Source: a virus (lineage: Duplodnaviria > Caudoviricetes). From it: a DNA stretch of 64,000 nucleotides. How positions within the stretch are numbered: the first letter of the stretch is position 1; each line of letters opens with the position of its first letter. Of this stretch, positions 45,765 through 56,055 are shown piece after piece. The notes under the pieces are model-generated. The model did no database searches. It was given only the letters and a program-made list of their open reading frames with translations, and was not told the DNA's origin. The stretch lies in IMG/VR virus record IMGVR_UViG_3300033463_000008; one strand, written 5' to 3'. The position numbers and the translations under genes are program-made.

Positions 45765-47279
45765 TTATTCTCCGTCCTTCTGTTTTTCAGTGGTTTCAAC
45801 CGTTTCGGTTTCCGGCTTCGTATCGCCATCACCGAACTTTTCCTTACGGGCGAGCGAGAGCTTGCGTCCGAGCATGGCGTTGAAGAAACCGCCCATCACG
45901 TTAGGCGAGCTGACCAGACGGCGAGTAATGAGGTACTGCTTCTGCTTTTCAAAGGCCTGGTCCCAGTTGGAACAGATGGACCACTTGACAATGAGACCCT
46001 TGATGTCATCAACCTTGGTGTTCTTGCCAAAGGTGAGACCCGTATCAAGGCAGACATGGGTACCCTTGCTGAATCCAGCATCGTCAATGCATGCGATTGC
46101 AACGGAACCGGAAGCGATTGCAATGAGTGCATCGGTATCGGTCATGGTGATATTGTAGATGTCATCTGCAAAGTCATCCGGACCAGTAAGGATGGTGAAA
46201 TCAAATGCGGCATCGCGTTCGATTGCAACCGTCTTCTGGATGTTGCGCGGGTTGATTCGCGGGTTTGCCCAGTGCACCATGTTGCGGACACACGGACCCT
46301 TTTCCGTATGCTTCGGATCCTTCGGAGTAGTAAGGAGCTTCATGAGACGTTCATCGAGTTCGCCGACGCTGCAAATTGTGAAATCGTAGCGGTCATAGCC
46401 GTGGATGATGAAGTTCTGCACATTCTTCGGGATGCAGGTACCCTTCACCAAAATCTTCGGCTTGTTGATAATCGTGCTCAACGATGTCATGCGGCTGTAG
46501 ATTCGGTTAATCGGGTAGAAATACTCGTTCATGAATGTCGGAATGACAAGAACATCGGTGTATTCGGAGACAAGGCCGAGATCCTTGATGGCGCCCGCAA
46601 GTTCACTGTTCGGCACGACAACTTCGTCAGCCATCTGCATGGTTTCCTGGACAGTCATTGCGCCGACGATGGTGTTCTGACGGCCAGCAGGGGCTTCCCA
46701 CACAAATTCGTCAAGGGCATACACTACACGGAGAGTCATTGCGCGGTATGCGTTGGCATCAGCAATATACTGTTCATAGACGGTAGCCTTTTCCTTCAAG
46801 GCGTCAAGCTTTTCCTTGACGCTTTCAAGATACTTGTTGGCTCCTTCCTCGTCTTCGCCAAATTCAGCAACCTTGGCATCGACTTCCGCCTGGAAATCTT
46901 CATAAGCCTTACGGTCGCCTTCAGAATCTTTCTTAATCTGTTCAGCATCCTTGCGCCAGTCCGGTGCAATCTTATTCATGACAGCATTTACCTTTTCTTC
47001 AAGGGAAGCCATGAAGTTGCGGTTGGAAATGTTGTCAATCCATAGAATGTTGTAGAAGGCAAGGTCCGGACATGCCCTGATAAACGTCTTGCTGTCGATA
47101 CTCGTCAGGGAAATGTCGGCAAGGTTGCCATAGAAATGCTTGAACTCCTGCATGGCGGTAAGGCCACGGCAGTATGAGAGGCGGGAAGTTTCATCGCCCA
47201 CATACAGAATATTGAACTTTGGCTTTGATGCCAGGTTGGCGGCAATGCCGTCCTCGATGAGTTTCTTAAAATCGGTCAT
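45765..47279 (-). CDS. GT-B (GT4-like) glycosyltransferase-like protein with coiled-coil insertion
   Basis: VVYALDEFVW...MQMADEVVVPNSELA...VLVIPTFM pattern of phage GT-B proteins. Confidence 0.5.
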   Translation of the reverse strand: MTDFKKLIEDGIAANLASKPKFNILYVGDETSRLSYCRGLTAMQEFKHFYGNLADISLTSIDSKTFIRACPDLAFYNILWIDNISNRNFMASLEEKVNAVMNKIAPDWRKDAEQIKKDSEGDRKAYEDFQAEVDAKVAEFGEDEEGANKYLESVKEKLDALKEKATVYEQYIADANAYRAMTLRVVYALDEFVWEAPAGRQNTIVGAMTVQETMQMADEVVVPNSELAGAIKDLGLVSEYTDVLVIPTFMNEYFYPINRIYSRMTSLSTIINKPKILVKGTCIPKNVQNFIIHGYDRYDFTICSVGELDERLMKLLTTPKDPKHTEKGPCVRNMVHWANPRINPRNIQKTVAIERDAAFDFTILTGPDDFADDIYNITMTDTDALIAIASGSVAIACIDDAGFSKGTHVCLDTGLTFGKNTKVDDIKGLIVKWSICSNWDQAFEKQKQYLITRRLVSSPNVMGGFFNAMLGRKLSLARKEKFGDGDTKPETETVETTEKQKDGE

Positions 47280-47339
47280 AATGAAAAAGTTTCCTCTTTG
47301 ATGAGGAAACTATATTCAATTTTGAAAAATGTACAGGTT

Positions 47340-48455
47340 TTAACCCACTCTGTCCACATATTTTTTCAAAAGATCGGTAATCATCACCCTGGAATCGGTT
47401 CCATCATCAAATTGAGGGAGCAATTCGGCATACCGGTCCATGAACATGGTAGCCAATCCAATGGTGTCGCTTTCCATGATTCTCTTGGCTTCCTCATCGT
47501 CAATGACCCTTGCATCGTCGAGCGAAGTACCATTCCCGCCATAAGGAACCATCTTGATATAGAGCGGTGCATAGGATTCCAGCTTCTTCTTCAACTCGGC
47601 GCTTTCGTCGGCATTGCGGCCAGTCATTGCCATGTAGCGGACGAAATAGTTGGATATATCGCCAAGGCCATCCAGGTGTTCATCATCACAATCCATGAAT
47701 CTTGGTGATTCAGTATTCTCGATGAACTCAAGGTTCATGTCATCATCAAAGAGATAAATTCCGCAATTAGTCCCGACATGGGCGAAAGTCAGCTGGAACG
47801 GCGTGCCCAGGTAGACAAGCCTGTTTCCACGATATTCCTGGTCAGAACGGCAATGATAGTGGCCACTGAATGTGTACTTGGCTGCCTTCAGGAATTTTTC
47901 AGGTTCAAGCCCAACTTCGGAAATCTGTCCGGCATCCATAAGGACACCCATCATGTCGAAGTGGCCAAGAATGACGGTATTGTCCCGTTCGACCTTCGGT
48001 TTCTTTGCCATCTTGGCAAGCCATTCGTTGAATCCAGGCATCGCGGACGGAGTTACCCACGGGACCATGTGGAACTTCATCCCGTGAAGCTCTACGGTCT
48101 CGATGTCATCAATGTAAACATGAACATTCGGAAGAAGGCCCAGGTAGCGAATACTGGATACATGGTTGGTATTGTCGTACAGGCAGTCATGGTTACCGGC
48201 GATAATATGGATGTCAAATTTTGCCAGGGTCTTTCCAAACAGCTCCATGGCGTAGTTCAATGCCTCGACAGTAACGAATGTGCGGACACTAAAAATGTCG
48301 CCCGCAAAGAGTATCGTATCGACACCGGCGGCTTCCAGTTTTGGTGCAAGGCCGTCAAGATACGCCTTCTGTGCAGCGACCACACGATTCCTGATGGAAG
48401 TGATGTCGCATTTTGGGGAAAGGTGGATGTCACCGATAATTGCAATTTTTGACAT
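47340..48455 (-). CDS. gp47: Recombination nuclease subunit, T4 gp47/SbcD/Mre11
   Basis: GDIH, AGDIF, AGNHD, VPW, LGHF, SGHYH, YLGTP metallophosphoesterase motifs. Confidence 0.93.
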   Translation of the reverse strand: MSKIAIIGDIHLSPKCDITSIRNRVVAAQKAYLDGLAPKLEAAGVDTILFAGDIFSVRTFVTVEALNYAMELFGKTLAKFDIHIIAGNHDCLYDNTNHVSSIRYLGLLPNVHVYIDDIETVELHGMKFHMVPWVTPSAMPGFNEWLAKMAKKPKVERDNTVILGHFDMMGVLMDAGQISEVGLEPEKFLKAAKYTFSGHYHCRSDQEYRGNRLVYLGTPFQLTFAHVGTNCGIYLFDDDMNLEFIENTESPRFMDCDDEHLDGLGDISNYFVRYMAMTGRNADESAELKKKLESYAPLYIKMVPYGGNGTSLDDARVIDDEEAKRIMESDTIGLATMFMDRYAELLPQFDDGTDSRVMITDLLKKYVDRVG

Positions 48456-48487
48456 AAAAAATTCCTCTTGCGAGGAATATAGCAATT

Positions 48488-49309
48488 TCACTCCGGTTTG
48501 GCATCTTCATCCGGCTTGGAAACCAATCCCCGCTGGCGAGCATCCGCTTCTTCCTTGACGAGCTGTTCCGTTTCGGCATCACGTTCCTTGCCCCATTCAC
48601 GAACAAGCGCAATGACTTCCTGTGGAGTCATTGGTCGTCCCTTGGTACTGCCAAGCGGGTCAGACGGATCCACGGCTTCGCCTGGCGCATCGCCACTTCC
48701 ACCCGTCGTCCCGGAACTGGTTGCATTATTCGCGGAAAGCTGAAGCTTCATCAATTCGTCTTCCTGACGCAAGGTGACCAGCATGTGAGTCAGGTCAGTA
48801 ATGCCCTTGGAAACCGTCTTGTACATGTTTGCTGCAGCGGTCCAGTTCTGGTCAGTAGGTTCAAGAGTGCGCATGACCTGTTCATCAAGCGTCTCAAGCC
48901 ACTTGTTCGCCATGTCCAGATTCTTGAATGCAAGCTTCCTAAGACGCTCGCGGTCTTCCGCCAAACTCTCGATATTGTAACGGGGAACAGGCAATGCCTC
49001 GTTAAGCTGTTCCTTAGTCTCGATGATGGAGTACTGACTTTTCACATTCTGGACAGCCTGGGTGACTGCCTTTGTCGTTTCCTTGGCAGCCTTGATGCCT
49101 TCCTTGGTACTGCCGAGCGGAAGACCGAGCTTGTCCTCGATTGCCGCAAAGGCGTTCCCCTTCATCTCCTCGCGAATTTCCTCGCGATGCTCCTCCGGAG
49201 TCTGCTCATGCACAGGTTCTTCGACCGCAGGCTTCGCCGAGAAGTCTACGTCCATGCCAAACAAGTCATCACCGGAATCAAGCGGTTCAGCGTCTAAAAA
49301 TTGGCTCAT
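48488..49309 (-). CDS. Possible terminase small subunit, gp16-like
   Basis: LAEDRERLRK...L......L..L......EP.....A...K......L...MTPQEV helical pattern resembles gp16. Confidence 0.4.
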   Translation of the reverse strand: MSQFLDAEPLDSGDDLFGMDVDFSAKPAVEEPVHEQTPEEHREEIREEMKGNAFAAIEDKLGLPLGSTKEGIKAAKETTKAVTQAVQNVKSQYSIIETKEQLNEALPVPRYNIESLAEDRERLRKLAFKNLDMANKWLETLDEQVMRTLEPTDQNWTAAANMYKTVSKGITDLTHMLVTLRQEDELMKLQLSANNATSSGTTGGSGDAPGEAVDPSDPLGSTKGRPMTPQEVIALVREWGKERDAETEQLVKEEADARQRGLVSKPDEDAKPE

Positions 49310-49575
49310 CCGAAAATTCCCTTATCGACAGGAACATCAACACGCTTGTGAGGGGTGACGGGAACACCGTCGCAATGAACGGCATCTACCTGGACCGGTG
49401 TCCATTTTTGAAAATCGACACCCGTGCCGCACTTCTTTGCAAGCTCAGACTCCTCATTGACAACTTCGGTAAGCACTTTCTTGTTACACGCGAGGCCAGC
49501 CCCCACAAGAACATGAGTGCATTCATCGGCATGAGGTACCGGTGATTCCTGTACAATTTTACAATCCGTTTTCAT
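49306..49575 (-). CDS. Hypothetical protein
   Basis: AAGGAG RBS; translationally coupled. Confidence 0.6.
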   Translation of the reverse strand: MKTDCKIVQESPVPHADECTHVLVGAGLACNKKVLTEVVNEESELAKKCGTGVDFQKWTPVQVDAVHCDGVPVTPHKRVDVPVDKGIFG

Positions 49576-50002
49576 GACGTATCATCTCCTTGCGTTTCTC
49601 CATTTCCTCATTGAGGGCATTGATGAGGCGCTTCAATGATTCAATGGATTTTCTATTCCATTCAATTTTCTGCTGCAGCTTCGATTTCTTTTTATTGTCG
49701 GCTTTTGCAATACGCTTTTCCAGTTCATTAAGTTTCTTCTCATGCCACTTGATATCCTTAGTGTACCTGCATTCCCACCATGTACCGGTAGAATAGAAGT
49801 CAACAACGGAGGTATGCGACACATTATCGTAGGAGGCGACACCCGGGATATTCCACAAGAACTGAAACAAGTCATCCAGTGTGTTGATTTCAACCTGTTT
49901 CCCGTCAACTCGAATTATATCCCGGTCGGAATCAAACTCGTCCATCAGGGTGCCGTATGCACACTTGCCAATGTCATTGTATGTGGAGAGTTTCACTTTC
50001 AT
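49559..50002 (-). CDS. Hypothetical protein with basic coiled coil
   Basis: AGGGGG RBS-like; open frame. Confidence 0.65.
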   Translation of the reverse strand: MKVKLSTYNDIGKCAYGTLMDEFDSDRDIIRVDGKQVEINTLDDLFQFLWNIPGVASYDNVSHTSVVDFYSTGTWWECRYTKDIKWHEKKLNELEKRIAKADNKKKSKLQQKIEWNRKSIESLKRLINALNEEMEKRKEMIRHENGL

Positions 50003-50010
50003 GATGCCCC

Positions 50011-50526
50011 CTATACGATGATCTTGCCAATTTCCTGACCGAAGTTATGGACCTTCACGAGAACATCCGCGTTGCGAGCATAGTAGCGAATCTGTTCCTG
50101 CTGCTCAGCCAGAAACTGGACAAAATCTTCCTGGTTGTCAATCATCATCTTTTCCTCGGCCAAGTTGGCATCGCCGCTTACCAGGATTTCCTTTTCCTTG
50201 TCATTCGGCGCCCATCCCCTAGAACGGTCATGGTGCAACTTGTCAAGGCCTTCCTTCTTGTGGATTGCATAGTCCTTCTTCATCTGGTTCAGCCGGAAAC
50301 GGTTGCGCATCGCAATAATGCCTATCTTCGTTCCAGCTTCAGCCATGCAGTAAGCCGCGTTGTAGTAGACCGTCTGCGGATCGACTTCCCAGGTACCATC
50401 CGGCTTCGGCTTCATGGTATTCATGGTATTCCGCAGCCACAAGCGCAAATTCTTCAACTGTTCATTGAGGCTAAGGTCCTCGGAGCCAATCAACTCGGCA
50501 ATAACTTCTTCGTCCGTGAAAATCAT
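50011..50526 (-). CDS. uvsY: Recombination mediator, UvsY-like
   Basis: KEKEILVSGDANL......Q...V.FL......I.......V..F C-terminal pattern of UvsY. Confidence 0.55.
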   Translation of the reverse strand: MIFTDEEVIAELIGSEDLSLNEQLKNLRLWLRNTMNTMKPKPDGTWEVDPQTVYYNAAYCMAEAGTKIGIIAMRNRFRLNQMKKDYAIHKKEGLDKLHHDRSRGWAPNDKEKEILVSGDANLAEEKMMIDNQEDFVQFLAEQQEQIRYYARNADVLVKVHNFGQEIGKIIV

Positions 50527-50562
50527 ACCATAAAAATAGCTTATTTTGCCCCAAAATGCAAG

Positions 50563-50586
50563 AAAGGGGCCTCCGAAGAGACCCCC
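50563..50586 (-). terminator. Terminator after the tail tube gene
   Basis: GGGGTCTC-TTCG-GAGGCCCC-TTT on the - strand (UUCG loop). Confidence 0.75.
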
Positions 50587-50603
50587 GTTGGAAATATTCC
50601 AGC

Positions 50604-51323
50604 TTACACCTTGCTGTGGTAGCCACCCGGGAACCAGATGTTCCAGCGGTCGTACTTCAGCGTAAACTTGAACTGGGCAAGTTTTGCCTGGTCGTAAGAG
50701 AAGTCAGTCGGTACCGACACCTTCATTGGCCATGCATTGATGTAGCGGATAGCCATGATGACTTCGCCGTACATCCAGTCATAGAGTTCAAGTGTAACGT
50801 TTTGGTTACGAAGCAGGATTGCCGTCGGGTTGCTGTAGTTCTCCTGCTGGCCGAGACCAAGCTCGATAGCATTCTTACCCTCAGCAATACGGTTGCTGCC
50901 CGCATTCGTGTCACCCTTGCCGTCGGAGTTCAAGATGCCTGTGTTAAGGCAGCACTGGTTCCAAGCAAGAATAGTTTCATACGCCCTACCATCTTCAAGG
51001 AGAAGACCGGTCAATTCGGCTTCACCAGCAAGTCTGTCTTGCTGAACAGGGTAGAATTTCTCAAAACCCATGTACTTGATTGATTCAGCGCGAGTCGACA
51101 CTTCCGGAATCCTCGGGCCACCCACGATGTGGATGGTGAAGTTCTTCTGGCTTTCGAAATCCTTGCCAAAGCTGTCGCCATTGGTAGGTTCGATGCCAGT
51201 AGCCTGGAAGATATCCTGGTCAACGATGAAACGCCAACGAGTGGAACGCACCGGATCGGGGAGCTGGTCTATGTTGCCGGCCCAAAAGACCTTATCAATA
51301 TCAGGAGCAGTTTTTCCTATCAT
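50604..51323 (-). CDS. gp19: Tail tube protein, gp19-like
   Basis: Immediately after the sheath; DPVRSTRW...IP......I.YMG...W...NAWP..V.....Y......F..TLKYDRW; GGGAGG RBS. Confidence 0.85.
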   Translation of the reverse strand: MIGKTAPDIDKVFWAGNIDQLPDPVRSTRWRFIVDQDIFQATGIEPTNGDSFGKDFESQKNFTIHIVGGPRIPEVSTRAESIKYMGFEKFYPVQQDRLAGEAELTGLLLEDGRAYETILAWNQCCLNTGILNSDGKGDTNAGSNRIAEGKNAIELGLGQQENYSNPTAILLRNQNVTLELYDWMYGEVIMAIRYINAWPMKVSVPTDFSYDQAKLAQFKFTLKYDRWNIWFPGGYHSKV

Positions 51324-51335
51324 AGTTTACCTCCC

Positions 51336-54300
51336 TTACACGTTGCTGATAGTGATGCTGTTTCCAGAACTCGTCGCGAGGACTTCAGTTCTGAGGTAGA
51401 TGTAGCGGGTACTCTTTGTCGGCTTGAGCTTCAAGTCAACATAGAGCTTGTTCTGGTCGATGACTTCCGGGGTGTTGTTGGTGTCGTCGCAGATTGCAAC
51501 GGCATCATAGAACGCCGACGGGTTGCTGTCACGCATCATGTTCAACTTGGCCTGCAAGTCGCTGGAAATCTGGGAGCGGAGTGCAGCCGTGTTAAGGCGG
51601 AACACCTTGCCATCCAGGTACTTGTAGAAGATCTTGTGGATGCCCGCGATAAGCATTGCCACATGAATCTGGTTGAATGCGGAGTCTTCCATCTGCATGG
51701 TGAAGTCACCCCAGCAGAAGATGCCGTCATCGTTGGTGCGGAACGGGTTGACATGAGCGTCACTGAGACGTGCAATGTCGGAATCCGAGTCCTCAGGAAT
51801 GTTGAACTTGCGTTCATACTTGACCCTGGTGCACCATGCGCTAGGCACGACACCGGTATCCTTACCGGCGGGGACATACCAGAAGATTGAACCGGAACGG
51901 TTAGCCGTAATGAGAGAAGCCATCGCGATGGACGGTGCGATTTCCACGTTACGACGAGTAATCATCGAATCGTAGAAGATCGGACGTGCGTCATAGATAG
52001 CACCCCAACGACCGAGCGTCGGTGCGAACCGTACGACATCCTTTTTCAAGGCATTGTTGACGTTCTGTTCAGCCACGCCATCAAACAAGGCGAAGCAGTC
52101 CTTACGGAGTTCGCAGATATTCAAGATAGCCTGGATAACCGTCGTATTCAACGTTTCACGACCTGCCCAACCGAAGTTGTTGATGTCGTTACCGGCAGCG
52201 ACGAAGAACGTCTGGTCAGCCTTGTCCTTGTCAAGGAACAAGGAGTAAGCCGTTGCAAGCGTTGTCGTGCTGTTGTTGTTCTTCGGGTCATAGCTCCAGA
52301 TTGCGTTCCACACAATGGCCGGGTCCTTGGTGTTGAAGGATACCGCAGTCACGCTGGAAGTCGGGATGCCATCCACGATAGTTTCCGAGAGGTCCCAGGA
52401 TTCGTCTTCAAGGAAGGCTTCCAGGATACCGGATTCGTTGAGGATGAACTTGAGGCCAGAACCTTCGAATTCAGAGTCAGCGGCATCGCCGATGAACAAC
52501 TGGGTTTCGTTGTGGACATATTCAACCACCGTACCGTCGAAGTCATATACATGGCCGTTGAATCGGTATGTGCAGGCCATATAGAGTCGAGCGACAGCTT
52601 CGCCTTCGTCGGTCAAGTCATAGACCTTTTCCGTCACGCCAGTGAAGTTAATGTCTTCATAGCGAACCGTAGCAAGCCCGAGACCCACAAAGTTGGCACC
52701 GATATCGGAATCACGGAGAACCTTTTCAGTCTGCTGGATGCAAGCACTGTCTTTCTTGGAACTCTGGAAGTGGAACACTCCACCAAGAACATCTCCAGTT
52801 TCCTTGTTGGCAACATCCACCGGGAGAGTTGTCTTCTGAATCTGGCCATTGACCGTAACATCGTAGTTACCAATAATGTAGAAGTCAAGAACCATACCGG
52901 TCGTTTCTTCTCCGGTAAAGATTTCGATGTCGCCCGTAGCACCTTCCGGAGCCACGATGGAAAGCGTGTAATGGTAATCAGTTTCAGTGCCAACTACGTC
53001 ACCGCGTTCTTCGATGGTCGTAACGTACCACACTTCTTCACCATCAACACTTGCCTTTACCTTGACAGTTGAACCTTCAACATATGCCTTCGTGGAAACG
53101 AATTCCATCTTGCCTTCCGTGCCAAACTGCGTAGCAACAGTTTCGTCGAAATGCTTAACGGTATCCGTAGTCATTGCGGTATACACGGTCTTATTCGTGG
53201 TGGAAAGATTAAGCAACTGCAACTGGCGGTAATCATCCTTGAATTCCGGATCGGAACCTTGAATGGTCTTGGTAACGGTTTCGGTAAACACGCTATCAAC
53301 CGCATCCTTAATGGTAACCTCGTTCGTAAATCCGTTGATTGCAGTGACCGTGCTGAGCTTCAGGATATTATCGCCACTAAACGTGAGCGGGTCACCATTG
53401 GATTCACGCTCGGTATCAAACGAACCACGGACAATGGCAACGGTATCGCCTACATTGTAGTCGAATGCGGCACCCGGTGCCAACTTGAGAACCTTTGTCT
53501 TACCAGCAACAAAATCCTTTGCCTTCATCCAGGCCGGATCAGTGTTGGTGTTATCGTTCGTCATGTTAATATCGTTAGTTACCACGTTGCTTGCATATCC
53601 AAGACGAGAGCCACGGAATGCAGCAAGCAAGGCGTCGAGGAAACGAGCCAGATAAGACATGGACGTGTACTCTTCATCATCACCCTTGGTCGGGACGACG
53701 AGAGTTACGAAATCATTTTCGCTATACCATCCAGACGGAAGGTTATGAACGACGATTTCCGAGAACTTGGTAGCATCGGCAAGATCTTCTTCATACCAAG
53801 CCGATTCCTCCAAGTAGAGTTCCGCCTTGGTCGGAGTTCCAGCATCGTTAAATTCCGTCACTGCATAAATGAACGTACCATTGTGGATTGCTCCGTCATA
53901 CTTCCATTCAAGCGTAACAACATCGGCATTGCACACACCTGGAATAGCGTCAATCTCAACCGACTTGCCAATTTCAGCTCCCACGAATGTATCATTCGGA
54001 AGAGTTGAGAAATGGCTATTCGAGACTCGAACATCCACCGACACATTCTTCTGGTCTCGCACCGTAAAGAATTCGCCGTTGAAGACCTCGGTAGCAATCT
54101 TTTCAACGCCAACACTGTCAATCCGGAGAGAAGAGAACAGCTTTGCGCCACGTCCCGTGACAGCCGTCTTCACAGTCAAATAGTCAGCATCGTCATCCGC
54201 AATTGCGTCTTCCGGGGAGAAGATCAATACGGAAGTCGGCTTGTAACCCATCATGCAGGCATTGTGGGTAGCCTCGTCAGCTGCCGTAACTTCGACATCC

Positions 54301-55082
54301 TTTCCATCAATTCCAGACACAATGAACTTGCCAAGCGTCTTGGTATTGGTGTCAGCCGGACCATACACGGTATCGCCAACGATAAAGCCAGGGTTGACAG
54401 CCAGGGTAACACGGAATGTATCCGGATTGCGGTCCTGCAAGTCATCCGGCTGTGCAACAATCTCATACGAGGTCACTGCGCGACGAGCGGAGCTCGGGTC
54501 AGCACCCATGATTGCAAAGAGGACTGCGTCGCCATCGCCACGAGCCTTTTCACTATCCTTGAAGCTTTCATCGGCGAAAACCCTAAAGTCCACGTTGGAC
54601 CCGGAATCGACCGTTTCAGCGATGTTGTTGATTTTACGAGTTACACCGTAGCCGGAAGCGCCGTCAGACTTGTAACGGGTAGCCGCAAAGTATTCGATGT
54701 TAATCGAATTCTGCTTGCCCTTTTCCTGCTGAGCGGCCTTGCGGTCGAAGGACACGACAAAGCAGTCGGTCTTCAAGTCACGCTTGCGGGCGTCACTCAT
54801 GTCGATTTCTTCGCCATACGGGCGGACATACTGGGCAAAGCCACCGGCATCAAGCACGGCGCGTGCAGCATATAGGCCCTGGTTGTACTTCCAGTTATTG
54901 AAACCGATACCGAACGTATTGTCCATCACCGCAGTATTGTTCAGCTTGGTGACCTTGTTCAGCTCACCCTTGGGGGCAAAGCCAACAATGGCGGCAATCG
55001 CATTCGGATTCTCGATCACGGTATACTGAGAACTGTCTTTGAGCTCGGTGCGAACCCCAGCTGCTCCCATTTTTGTAGCCAT
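51336..55082 (-). CDS. gp18: Contractile tail sheath, gp18-like (about 1248 aa)
   Basis: GVRTELKD...AIVGFAPKGELN; C-terminal RKDCFA.FD, PAG...G, VNPF, WGD.T, FNQIHV, CDDTNNTPEVIDQNKL..D..LKP. Confidence 0.95.
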   Translation of the reverse strand: MATKMGAAGVRTELKDSSQYTVIENPNAIAAIVGFAPKGELNKVTKLNNTAVMDNTFGIGFNNWKYNQGLYAARAVLDAGGFAQYVRPYGEEIDMSDARKRDLKTDCFVVSFDRKAAQQEKGKQNSINIEYFAATRYKSDGASGYGVTRKINNIAETVDSGSNVDFRVFADESFKDSEKARGDGDAVLFAIMGADPSSARRAVTSYEIVAQPDDLQDRNPDTFRVTLAVNPGFIVGDTVYGPADTNTKTLGKFIVSGIDGKDVEVTAADEATHNACMMGYKPTSVLIFSPEDAIADDDADYLTVKTAVTGRGAKLFSSLRIDSVGVEKIATEVFNGEFFTVRDQKNVSVDVRVSNSHFSTLPNDTFVGAEIGKSVEIDAIPGVCNADVVTLEWKYDGAIHNGTFIYAVTEFNDAGTPTKAELYLEESAWYEEDLADATKFSEIVVHNLPSGWYSENDFVTLVVPTKGDDEEYTSMSYLARFLDALLAAFRGSRLGYASNVVTNDINMTNDNTNTDPAWMKAKDFVAGKTKVLKLAPGAAFDYNVGDTVAIVRGSFDTERESNGDPLTFSGDNILKLSTVTAINGFTNEVTIKDAVDSVFTETVTKTIQGSDPEFKDDYRQLQLLNLSTTNKTVYTAMTTDTVKHFDETVATQFGTEGKMEFVSTKAYVEGSTVKVKASVDGEEVWYVTTIEERGDVVGTETDYHYTLSIVAPEGATGDIEIFTGEETTGMVLDFYIIGNYDVTVNGQIQKTTLPVDVANKETGDVLGGVFHFQSSKKDSACIQQTEKVLRDSDIGANFVGLGLATVRYEDINFTGVTEKVYDLTDEGEAVARLYMACTYRFNGHVYDFDGTVVEYVHNETQLFIGDAADSEFEGSGLKFILNESGILEAFLEDESWDLSETIVDGIPTSSVTAVSFNTKDPAIVWNAIWSYDPKNNNSTTTLATAYSLFLDKDKADQTFFVAAGNDINNFGWAGRETLNTTVIQAILNICELRKDCFALFDGVAEQNVNNALKKDVVRFAPTLGRWGAIYDARPIFYDSMITRRNVEIAPSIAMASLITANRSGSIFWYVPAGKDTGVVPSAWCTRVKYERKFNIPEDSDSDIARLSDAHVNPFRTNDDGIFCWGDFTMQMEDSAFNQIHVAMLIAGIHKIFYKYLDGKVFRLNTAALRSQISSDLQAKLNMMRDSNPSAFYDAVAICDDTNNTPEVIDQNKLYVDLKLKPTKSTRYIYLRTEVLATSSGNSITISNV

Positions 55083-55203
55083 GGAAAACCTCACGGTTGT
55101 TATTTTTCTGCGTGAAGTTTATGCCGTGGTCAAATTTTTTTCTCATAAAAACGGCCAAAATGCATCAAACCTTATAAACTTTCCGTCAAGAAAGAGGTTT
55201 TGC

Positions 55204-56055
55204 ATGGACAAGCGTGGTATAAATATCGAACTCAACCGGCTAAAGGCCAAGAATCCGGGGCAGGAAACCCTCATCGAGGGTGTCCAGCACCTGTTCAATG
55301 AGAAAGTCGAGACTGCCACGCCGGAAGAAAAGCGCTCGCTACTGATGTTCCCGATGCAGTATGCCGCTTACCGTATCAAGACAAGCCCGAGCGAATGGAC
55401 GACCCAGCTCCATAAATGGGCCGACAACTTGCTGGACACAATCCTCCAGCTAGACCCGCTGTACCTCACTACACGAGATTCGTCCGGGGACACCGTGCTG
55501 CACCGCCTAGTGAAGGCAGCGACAGGCGAATTCACCGACGAGGTGAACTACGAATTTATAAGGAAGCTGCTTGACAAGGACATGGGATTTATCGCACTGC
55601 AGTCCCCATTTGAAAACGGAGGCGCCCAGGCGGGTTCCGCGTGGATGATGCAGGACGTGGACGGCAAGACCCCTATGGACCTTCTCGCCGACTATGCAAT
55701 AGGAAAGCCGGAAGCGGGCATCCCGGCAGATGACCAGCTGTTAATGATGCTGGATGAATTCGCAAATTCCCCTGTTGCCGAAATCGACGTGACCGAAGTA
55801 ACTACACCCGCACCCGTGCCTCCCCAGCAGAACGGCGAACAGCAGGCACAGCCAGAACAGGCTCCACAGGAAGGACAGCCGGCACAGCAGAACGGACCGA
55901 AGCCACTGGTCGAACCGCAGATGTCTGCCGAGAAGTCGGAAAATGAAAAAACGCCGGAAGACGCAAAGCATCATCCGGCACCTGAGGCACGGCCCCAAAA
56001 TACCGTGCCAGGAAAGGTGACTAAGTCAATCCTTGAGGCCCTCCTCCGCCTTTAA
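55204..56055 (+). CDS. Ankyrin-repeat-like protein with shared leader
   Basis: GAGG RBS; TATAAACT at 55173-55180; RDSSGDTVLHRLV and QDVDGKTPMDLL; leader LNRLKAKNPGQETLIEGVQHLFNEKVETA. Confidence 0.6.
   Translation: MDKRGINIELNRLKAKNPGQETLIEGVQHLFNEKVETATPEEKRSLLMFPMQYAAYRIKTSPSEWTTQLHKWADNLLDTILQLDPLYLTTRDSSGDTVLHRLVKAATGEFTDEVNYEFIRKLLDKDMGFIALQSPFENGGAQAGSAWMMQDVDGKTPMDLLADYAIGKPEAGIPADDQLLMMLDEFANSPVAEIDVTEVTTPAPVPPQQNGEQQAQPEQAPQEGQPAQQNGPKPLVEPQMSAEKSENEKTPEDAKHHPAPEARPQNTVPGKVTKSILEALLRL

Noticed and set aside
45702-47045. 447-aa plus-strand ORF antisense to the GT-like gene
   Set aside because: Shadow frame produced by codon bias; no RBS, promoter or recognisable motifs
49558-49569. 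12-nt match (TTTACAATCCGT) to the sequence flanking the TnpB right end, a possible self-target
   Set aside because: Match stops at 11-12 nt, is AT-rich and has no evident TAM similarity to the left-end flank; probably chance
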